28,639 nucleotides of DNA, taken from IMG/VR virus record IMGVR_UViG_3300036982_000033, positions 1-28,639 of that record; one strand, 5' to 3'. The notes below the pieces were generated by a model. The model was given only the letters and a program-made list of their open reading frames with translations. It did not search any database and was not told the origin of the DNA. A program made the translations under genes and the position numbers. This DNA is from a virus. Its lineage: Duplodnaviria; Caudoviricetes. Below, piece after piece: positions 7,858-14,649 of the stretch (the first letter of the stretch is position 1; each line of letters begins with the position of its first letter).

Positions 7858-8267
7858 CCTTTGATCTTTCAAATAATTACGATGTGAACAAGGCCCAAAT
7901 TAAGTTTGAGGCCTTGATTGCATCAGGTAAAAAGATTGAATTGAAAGAAATCAAACAAAAACGATCGTTATCACAGAACAAATACTTTCACGTTGTGGTG
8001 ACCTTGTACGCCATTGCATACGGAAGTACACTTGAAGAAGCTAAAACCGATTTAAAGCGTGACTATGGCCTTATCTATGAAAAGAAAGGCAAGAAGTACT
8101 TAATGAGTAGCGCAGACCTTGATAGCCTTATTATGACGCAATTTATAGACTACATAAGAACAAAGGCCGCAAAAGAACTAAATACATACATCCCAACATC
8201 GGATGAGTATCTATTGAATCACTTTGCAATTGACAAAGAAATAAACACACACAAAGAATACCTATGA
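7854..8267 (+). CDS. NinB/Orf-like recombination protein
   Basis: KRSLSQNKYFH and SSADLD..MTQFIDYI motifs. Confidence 0.7.
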   Translation: MTFDLSNNYDVNKAQIKFEALIASGKKIELKEIKQKRSLSQNKYFHVVVTLYAIAYGSTLEEAKTDLKRDYGLIYEKKGKKYLMSSADLDSLIMTQFIDYIRTKAAKELNTYIPTSDEYLLNHFAIDKEINTHKEYL

Positions 8268-8806
8268 CAAATAAACAATTAAGAAAAGAAATAAACGATA
8301 ATAAACAATTGCTCACTGCAATGGGCATATACATAAATGAACTTGAAGACCGACTAAAAAAGAACGGTTATATGAGCGAACGAATAATGCAACTTAGAAC
8401 AAAACACAACCTGCAAAATTCCGATAATCAATATATGCAAATAGCTTATAGTTATGAAACAAACTTTGACTTACTTATGTCAGTTATTTCATATTACTAC
8501 AAAGAAAGCCCCGAACAAATAAAAAGTCATTGCAGAAAGCAAAGGTTTGTAATACCCCGCCACATGTTTAGTTACCTTGTTAAGCAATACATGCCTGATA
8601 TGGTACTGACTGACATTGGTTCCTATTTAGGTGGGCGTGATCATTCCAGTGTGATACATGGGCAGCAAACTATTTCCAAATTCTTAGAGTTTGACAAAAA
8701 GACTAAACGTGACTATGCCGCTATCGTTCAAATGCTAAATGATATTGCAGCAAATAACAATGACGCAAGCTATTTGCAAACACCCGCTTATTTGGAATCA
8801 GTCTAA
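8264..8806 (+). CDS. DnaA C-terminal (domain IV) HTH protein
   Basis: RKQRFVIPRHMFSYL...LTDIGSYLGGRDHSSVIHG matches the DnaA domain IV signature; no AAA domain. Confidence 0.85.
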   Translation: MTNKQLRKEINDNKQLLTAMGIYINELEDRLKKNGYMSERIMQLRTKHNLQNSDNQYMQIAYSYETNFDLLMSVISYYYKESPEQIKSHCRKQRFVIPRHMFSYLVKQYMPDMVLTDIGSYLGGRDHSSVIHGQQTISKFLEFDKKTKRDYAAIVQMLNDIAANNNDASYLQTPAYLESV

Positions 8807-8838
8807 TGACGCTGCATATAGTTTTAATATTACTTTTG
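8790..8838 (+). promoter_or_regulatory. Promoter with upstream 19-bp box
   Basis: Box ATTTGGAATCAGTCTAATG at 8790-8808, TGCATATAGTTT at 8813-8824, and -7 TACTTTTG at 8831-8838. Confidence 0.8.
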
Positions 8839-8842
8839 AACT

Positions 8843-9013
8843 ATGAAAGAAATGAAAGAATTAATTTTTAGAGTAGGCACAATGTTTATGCCTTTGGGCT
8901 TTATGGTTTCACTTGTTGACGAACCAGTATACGCAAGCATTACGTTTTTGATTGGGTTTATATCCCTGCTTGAACTTGTTAGCATAAAAAAGAATAAAAA
9001 AATTAAACTTTAA
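8843..9013 (+). CDS. Small membrane protein (56 aa), missing from the ORF track
   Basis: MKEMKELIFRVGTMFMPLGFMVSLVDEPVYASITFLIGFISLLELVSIKKNKKIKL: two hydrophobic segments and a basic tail; own promoter and terminator. Confidence 0.75.
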   Translation: MKEMKELIFRVGTMFMPLGFMVSLVDEPVYASITFLIGFISLLELVSIKKNKKIKL

Positions 9014-9041
9014 GGTATCTTTAAAATTATTGTTGTTTGTC

Positions 9042-9077
9042 AAGCGCGTTGCCGGTTAATCTGGTAGCGCGTTTTTT
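9042..9077 (+). terminator. Intrinsic terminator
   Basis: GCGCGTTGCCGG-TTAAT-CTGGTAGCGCGT stem (G-U pairs work on the + strand) followed by a T run. Confidence 0.9.
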
Positions 9078-9152
9078 GTTTAATAGTGCGGTAAAATGCT
9101 TTATTGATACTTATTTATTCGGTATTATACGTATTTGCAACCTAAAGTGTAG

Positions 9153-9398
9153 TATAAGGTACTTTTATATGCTTTAATGTAGGATATGTGACACATTAAG
9201 GGTATTAATTCGGATAATGTCGGAATTATGCAACTTAATTTTGCATAATAAACATTGCCGATATATTGTGCATTTATATCGGTTTGGATTTTTACAAAAA
9301 AGGTTTACTTATTGGTTTGGATTTATACTCAGGGTATAAAAAATGTCCAGTTTTTAAACTAATAAACTGCATGAATTTTTCCGAAAAACTAATGCAGT
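9153..9398. repeat. Array of different adjacent palindromes
   Basis: About 8 distinct inverted repeats plus one direct-repeat pair tiled through a non-coding gap. Confidence 0.8.
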
Positions 9399-9403
9399 CT
9401 ACC

Positions 9404-10516
9404 TTAAAATAAATGTGTAAACCTTGCTATTTGGCCGTGTTCTTTTGAATGCAAAAATCCTTCAATTGCTTTTGGTGCATGTTGGTACCCATTCCGATGA
9501 TGCCAAGAGTCCGTGCCACTTGGTGACCTTAGACTTTCAACTGTCACACCTTGATAATCCTTTGAGGTCTTATGATGAACATGGTGGGTGTAAACGTACC
9601 GGTGTTTGGTATTTCCCCAATCATTTGATTCCACTGCCATTAACAATGGAAGATCCTGAGCCTTTGCCCCATCGCCGTGTGTGGTTCCAATTAATGACGT
9701 GCCATAAGCAAAATACTTTCGGTGTGCAATTGAGCAATCAAATGTTATATTCTTGTTATTCCTGAACCACGAACTTATAACATCAGCCAAAAAGAAACCA
9801 CTTTGATAATCGTGATTTGAAGGATTAAAAGTAAAATGTACATCAGCCACTGGAATAAGCATTTCAAGTACATCCACATACACTTGTTTAGCTTTTAAGA
9901 AATTAGAATACCACATTCCATCAGTATCTTGTGGTGTGCCTGATGTGGTTTGTCTTTTGGGATTATCAATGTGCAAAATATCGTTGCCACCGATGAATAG
10001 TATCTTATCTATGTTATACCCTTGTGACTTATCAATGATGCCTTGTACCCCCTCTAAAACGCGTCTCACGGCAATGTTTGTATCATAGTCTTCACCCGTT
10101 TCAAATGCTTCACATAATTTGCCAATGTGAACATCAGCAGGATCAATAACTAATAAGTGACCTTCTTTTGATTTGTTCCTTTTTATTGTAGGGTATTTAG
10201 GGGAATAGCTTTTTAACTCTGCAATTAATTTGTCTCTGATTTGATCGTATGAAACCGCACCTTCGTAATCGGGATTAGTAAAGAATAGTGAAGTGTCTTT
10301 TGTTTTTACCCAGCCGTGTTTGACGTCTTTGGTTGCAACCCCTGCATCTTCGCAATACTGATCTACTTTTGATTTGTAAAGTGAATAATGGTCTTTTACG
10401 GTTAGCGGTGATTTGCCAACAATTGCACTGATCCTATCATAATAAGCATTTTTATACTCTTCTGTTTGTCGGGGATGTTCTGCAAAGATTTTGAATGTTA
10501 TGTCGTATTGGCTCAT
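9404..10516 (-). CDS. Calcineurin-like metallophosphoesterase with N-terminal extension
   Basis: ADVHIG, GGNDILH, SNHD, THGD and HHVHH metal-binding motifs. Confidence 0.85.
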   Translation of the reverse strand: MSQYDITFKIFAEHPRQTEEYKNAYYDRISAIVGKSPLTVKDHYSLYKSKVDQYCEDAGVATKDVKHGWVKTKDTSLFFTNPDYEGAVSYDQIRDKLIAELKSYSPKYPTIKRNKSKEGHLLVIDPADVHIGKLCEAFETGEDYDTNIAVRRVLEGVQGIIDKSQGYNIDKILFIGGNDILHIDNPKRQTTSGTPQDTDGMWYSNFLKAKQVYVDVLEMLIPVADVHFTFNPSNHDYQSGFFLADVISSWFRNNKNITFDCSIAHRKYFAYGTSLIGTTHGDGAKAQDLPLLMAVESNDWGNTKHRYVYTHHVHHKTSKDYQGVTVESLRSPSGTDSWHHRNGYQHAPKAIEGFLHSKEHGQIARFTHLF

Positions 10517-10535
10517 GTTATGTGTGTGTTTGTGT

Positions 10536-11003
10536 TTATTTTCTTAGCTGAAAGTGTTGCCAGTCATAATTCTTTTCTATTCCCAGACTGACAAAGCCAT
10601 GCCTATAAAATATGTCAATCATTTTTTGATATTCTGGCTGCGCAAATCTTGCAGTCTTTGCGGTTTCTTTTAATTTATTTCTTGCAGGGTCAAGGTCAAT
10701 TGCTATGGCCCAAGCGTGTGTGGACCAACTTGTTCCGCCCCTCATCTTTCTGTAGTTGAAACACCCACCAAACAAATCAATTCCAAGCCGTTCTATTTCC
10801 TTTAAACCATACTCAGCTAACAAATCATTGAACACGTTTAAAAATGGTTCTGCGGCTAACTTATGGCATCTCATTTTAGCAACCTTCGTGTCTACATCCC
10901 ACGCCAAACGCATTGGATAAGGTAAAAGAATTGTGGTCAAATAACCTTCACCAGTTTCATTTGGCTTGCCGTACTTTTTTACGATGTCGTTTGTGTTCAT
11001 CAT
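10536..11003 (-). CDS. Endolysin, M15 family peptidase
   Basis: FNYRKMRGG..WSTHAWAIAIDLD and DWQHFQ motifs; follows holin-like genes. Confidence 0.9.
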   Translation of the reverse strand: MMNTNDIVKKYGKPNETGEGYLTTILLPYPMRLAWDVDTKVAKMRCHKLAAEPFLNVFNDLLAEYGLKEIERLGIDLFGGCFNYRKMRGGTSWSTHAWAIAIDLDPARNKLKETAKTARFAQPEYQKMIDIFYRHGFVSLGIEKNYDWQHFQLRK

Positions 11004-11185
11004 TTTTTCAATCTTTCTACAATGTTAGTTACACCTTCAATTGCTATGTATGCCGTTGAAATTATCACCCAATCTTCCGACCTTACCGAATTGGTAAAAA
11101 GTCCAATGGATGCCACAACAAACACGGTTAGTTTGCGGCTCACCCACTTGGACAAGATAATATCAATCTTTTCTTTGCGGCTCAT
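11000..11185 (-). CDS. Holin-like two-TM protein (61 aa)
   Basis: SRKLTVFVVASIGLF and WVIISTAYIAIEG segments; ATGA overlap with the endolysin. Confidence 0.7.
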   Translation of the reverse strand: MSRKEKIDIILSKWVSRKLTVFVVASIGLFTNSVRSEDWVIISTAYIAIEGVTNIVERLKK

Positions 11186-11330
11186 TCTTTCTTAGTTTAA
11201 TCCATCGTTCAATCGTGTACCCAATTGACACCACTAAAAGAATAAATTTAAGTGCCATATCAAGATCACTAAATGACACCGCGAATGAAAGAATGTTTAA
11301 TAAGTAAACTTTAAGATCCGACAACATCAT
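11163..11330 (-). CDS. Small membrane protein (55 aa), holin/antiholin-like; missing from the ORF track
   Basis: MMLSDLKVYLLNILSFAVSFSDLDMALKFILLVVSIGYTIERWIKLRKNEPQRKD fills the gap between the flanking ORFs. Confidence 0.7.
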   Translation of the reverse strand: MMLSDLKVYLLNILSFAVSFSDLDMALKFILLVVSIGYTIERWIKLRKNEPQRKD

Positions 11331-11706
11331 TTACCTCAGGAATAACGCAAAATTCACTATCAGGATTCACCTCACAATAAGACTTGAAATAAGCCGCCTC
11401 ATAGCCTCCAAATATATGAAGTTGTGTGGTAGGCTTTGGGAACACTTCAAATGGCTTAAACGATGGCAAAGGGGTTCTAAACCATAATATGTCCACCGCC
11501 CAAGTTGTGGCAAGGTCTGAGCATACTTTATCACCTTCTTCGTTTAGTTCGTATGCCTTGCATATATGCCCTAACTCAACTACTGCAACATCTTTGTAAT
11601 TGTAGATTTCGTTACCTTCTAAATCGGTTGTTTTTACTTGTATCTTAGTTTGGAATTTAGACCATTCTGCTTGGTCTGTAAACTCATATTTGGAATATTT
11701 GTTCAT
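11311..11706 (-). CDS. Hypothetical protein following the fiber (possible fiber chaperone)
   Basis: Position directly after the fiber gene; function inferred from synteny only. Confidence 0.6.
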   Translation of the reverse strand: MNKYSKYEFTDQAEWSKFQTKIQVKTTDLEGNEIYNYKDVAVVELGHICKAYELNEEGDKVCSDLATTWAVDILWFRTPLPSFKPFEVFPKPTTQLHIFGGYEAAYFKSYCEVNPDSEFCVIPEVNDVVGS

Positions 11707-11720
11707 ATTGTATTACAATT

Positions 11721-13412
11721 TTATAGTGTAGTTAGTGAGGCAAGTTCTGCGTTTGTTAAGCGGGTTTTGAATAGCACGGCTTGGCCAGTTTTTACTGATT
11801 CATTGTATACATTTTCCCAGTTTGCAAGGTAGACACTGCTTAAAGCTGGAATAGTTACGCTGTTGTCGGTGTGTACGAGCGTTCCATTTATATAAATAAC
11901 GATTTGCGAAGCGTTGTAACCGATTGCTATTTTATAATTTCCTGCTGCGCTTGTTGAATTATAGAGCATTGATGCAACGTAGGCATTTCTTATTTCAAAA
12001 GTAAAGCCTCCGTTATAGCTTAAAATATATATCCAATAACCCGGTGAGCCCTGAAGCACTAAACAAGTGCCAAAACTTGCATTATTCTCGCTATATCCTT
12101 CCCAATACATAGTTCCCTCCGTCTGCCCAATCAAACTACTTATCCCCGTCTTAAATGCCGCATCGGCTAAACGAGTCACGCTGCTTGCAAGGGTTGGGAT
12201 GTAGGATGAAACGTAACTGCCCGCTTCTAATTGTGCGCCCCATATATAAACATTAGTTCCTACAACTCCATTAAAACTATTTGCAGTTCCAACGCCAATC
12301 CCCGAAACACTATCTAAAATAGGTGTGCTTTGTGTTGCAGTAATTCTATACCATCCATTACCTACTGAAGTAATTGAATATGATGATGGGGCATTTGATA
12401 CGCTTGTAACATAAACGCCCGTATCTAAATTAAATATGGCATTATAGCCATTCAAATAAATCCAACAAAAATTGCTTGTTCCCTTTTTTGCATAAAAACT
12501 AATCGTGTGACTTCCCACTAATGTGGGTGTATTGCGAAAAACAAATGATGTTGACCCGCTCGAAGTTATTGTGTCGGCATTTTGTGTGCCATCGGGCGAA
12601 ACCAAACTATTTGCAGTTATTGAAACATTATTTTTACTCCAAGCCGCATTATCAAACTGCTCTGAGTACAAAGCTAAATTCGTTCTCTGCGGTTCCAAAA
12701 GTAATTTTCCGCAGCCTCCACCCGTGTAGTCTATTCGGGGAACGTTTAAGCGGTCTGTGGTTGGGAAGTAAGGTTTAGCGGTTGCGCCGATGTTTAGTTG
12801 TGAATTAAAAATGTAAATCGAACCACTTGCACCCGTTACATTGCCATTGCCGTCGGATTGATAAATTTGTATAATGCCCGATGCAATGAGATTTGTTGAT
12901 GTAACACTACATTTATACCACCCATTACCTACGCTTTCAATTGCACCCGTTGAAGAATTTTGTACACCTACTGCGCCCGTGCTTAAATTAAACCAACATT
13001 CGTGCGATGTTGTGCCATCAAAAACATTTATTAAAATATAATCGCTTGTATTCTTTTTGGCATAAATAAAAAATGTTTGCACACCCCCAACATTTACGGT
13101 TTGTTGTATTCTACCCGTTGCCCCAAGTTTAGACAATAACCAAGCATTTGAACCCGCATTTGGGTCGGTTTGTCCGCTTGTTATTGTTGCCCCTGGTCCC
13201 GCACTTACCCAAGTTGTATTAAAAGTATTACTTTGCTGCAACAAATTAACGGGGCTTGTTTCAATCAATCCGTCAGCATTTACCCTTGTTGCGGTGCTTG
13301 CTCTTGTGAAGGTCAAATCGCCACTTCCGTCTGTTGGCTTAAGGCTATATATTTTGTCCTCTTTGTATCCCGATGGGAACATTATAAGGCTGGCGTCAGT
13401 GTATAAACTCAT
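11721..13412 (-). CDS. Fiber / receptor-binding protein with duplicated beta-sandwich domain
   Basis: FTRASTATRVNADGLIE, PRIDY..LLLEPQRTNL, two SVGNGWY-containing repeats and a LamG-like C-terminus. Confidence 0.75.
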   Translation of the reverse strand: MSLYTDASLIMFPSGYKEDKIYSLKPTDGSGDLTFTRASTATRVNADGLIETSPVNLLQQSNTFNTTWVSAGPGATITSGQTDPNAGSNAWLLSKLGATGRIQQTVNVGGVQTFFIYAKKNTSDYILINVFDGTTSHECWFNLSTGAVGVQNSSTGAIESVGNGWYKCSVTSTNLIASGIIQIYQSDGNGNVTGASGSIYIFNSQLNIGATAKPYFPTTDRLNVPRIDYTGGGCGKLLLEPQRTNLALYSEQFDNAAWSKNNVSITANSLVSPDGTQNADTITSSGSTSFVFRNTPTLVGSHTISFYAKKGTSNFCWIYLNGYNAIFNLDTGVYVTSVSNAPSSYSITSVGNGWYRITATQSTPILDSVSGIGVGTANSFNGVVGTNVYIWGAQLEAGSYVSSYIPTLASSVTRLADAAFKTGISSLIGQTEGTMYWEGYSENNASFGTCLVLQGSPGYWIYILSYNGGFTFEIRNAYVASMLYNSTSAAGNYKIAIGYNASQIVIYINGTLVHTDNSVTIPALSSVYLANWENVYNESVKTGQAVLFKTRLTNAELASLTTL

Positions 13413-13570
13413 TGTATTCTCGTAAGTTGTTTTATTGCGTTAACCGTGCAGTTTTCATTTTCTACTATTCCGCCATCACTTTCAACGCGTAATCGATAGG
13501 CATCAAATATTATTTGCCCTAATGACACCCCGCCTTTAATGGCACTATATTGATACCCGTACCCAAACAT
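13409..13570 (-). CDS. Small virion adaptor-like protein (53 aa), missing from the ORF track
   Basis: MFGYGYQYSAIKGGVSLGQIIFDAYRLRVESDGGIVENENCTVNAIKQLTRIQ; abuts the upstream stop and has an ATGA overlap with the fiber. Confidence 0.8.
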   Translation of the reverse strand: MFGYGYQYSAIKGGVSLGQIIFDAYRLRVESDGGIVENENCTVNAIKQLTRIQ

Positions 13571-13846
13571 TTATAGTTTGATTAAAAGTACTGATCCGCT
13601 TGTGATTGTTACCGTTTTAAATGGTTTACCGCTTGCAGGTGCTAACACCATACCGCTTGTGATAGTCTTTCCAGAAATACCCCATTCAGTCAACACATTG
13701 TTATCATCTGTGTCTGTTAATGCGGTGAAAACCACATCGTCATTTACAACTAAAAATCTATAATTTGTGCTATTTGTTCCAGTTACTGTTGCACCGCTAT
13801 CTGCATATTTGCCACCCTTGAGTGCAACTAATTCTTCTATTGTCAT
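13571..13846 (-). CDS. Small beta-rich structural protein (91 aa), possible spike base
   Basis: T/V/G-rich, ends in TVTITSGSVLLIKL; upstream of the adaptor and fiber genes. Confidence 0.6.
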   Translation of the reverse strand: MTIEELVALKGGKYADSGATVTGTNSTNYRFLVVNDDVVFTALTDTDDNNVLTEWGISGKTITSGMVLAPASGKPFKTVTITSGSVLLIKL

Positions 13847-13857
13847 TTTCTTTTATT

Positions 13858-14256
13858 TTAAGTTAAATTTTCTCTAATACTATATTCCATGATAATCCTT
13901 GCACATTGGCTTGAATTATCAAATAAGATTTCTTGATTGCTCAACAATGTTTGATCTATTCTTTTGCCGCTTACTGTCCCTTTGTATCGGTAAAGGATTA
14001 ATTCAATCTCATCCGCTATGTTTGAGGCTTGTAAAAAACCACCATTTCCATCTTTAGCCTTTGAGGCGTAAATGTTAATTTCAACATCGTGATTGATGAT
14101 TGAATACCCATCTTTGTAATTCTCCGGTGTGCTTCTTTCTGTTATTACAATGCGCGGAAATAAGTTTTCTTGCGGTGCTAACCCATAGTTCAACTGCTCT
14201 ACTAAATTAGTTATTGCAGGAACATTAAGAAGATAATATATTGCACCGCCGATCAT
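13858..14256 (-). CDS. Tail terminator/completion protein (DUF3168-like), displaced
   Basis: AIYYLL, APQENLFPRIVI and VEINIYA pattern; start set at the ATG at 14256. Confidence 0.7.
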   Translation of the reverse strand: MIGGAIYYLLNVPAITNLVEQLNYGLAPQENLFPRIVITERSTPENYKDGYSIINHDVEINIYASKAKDGNGGFLQASNIADEIELILYRYKGTVSGKRIDQTLLSNQEILFDNSSQCARIIMEYSIRENLT

Positions 14257-14262
14257 TATGTG

Positions 14263-14307
14263 CAAATATCTTTAAATGACTTTTGTTTTAATTGTAATTA
14301 TTTTAAC
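14263..14307 (-). promoter_or_regulatory. Late-type promoter 3
   Basis: GTTAAAATAATTACAA-N21-GATATTTG. Confidence 0.8.
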
Positions 14308-14325
14308 ATTCTTTGTATAGCAACG

Positions 14326-14649
14326 CTATTTAAGCATTCTTTGATTAGAAGATTGCTTCGCGGTTTTACTTCCGTTGCAACTTTTACATAATGCCTGAAA
14401 ATTATCTTCATTCCATTCATCACCACCTTGTGACATTGGTATGATGTGATCGGTGTAGTATGATGGTTGATTGCACCCCTCAACCTCACACACCGGATGT
14501 TTCATTTTATAGCTTAAAGATAGGTGCCGCCATGCCTTTGAATTGTAGAACTTTTCGTGTTCCTTATCTTTTAACCAATTCTTTTGCTCTGCTTGCTTGT
14601 TTTGCTTCTGTGGTGTAAATCCATACACCTTTTTTGGCATTGATGGCAT
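14326..14649 (-). CDS. HNH endonuclease, HK97 gp74-like
   Basis: FYNSKAWR, CEVEGC, DHIIP..GG and NFQALCKSCN motifs. Confidence 0.9.
   Translation of the reverse strand: MPSMPKKVYGFTPQKQNKQAEQKNWLKDKEHEKFYNSKAWRHLSLSYKMKHPVCEVEGCNQPSYYTDHIIPMSQGGDEWNEDNFQALCKSCNGSKTAKQSSNQRMLK

Noticed and set aside
9292-9372. Short minus-strand ORF (MQFISLKTGHFLYPEY..., 26 aa) in the array
   Set aside because: Very short with no supporting signal; likely incidental.
9081-9400. CRISPR array or tRNA cluster in the palindrome-rich gap
   Set aside because: No constant repeat with spacers and no cloverleaf; each palindrome differs.
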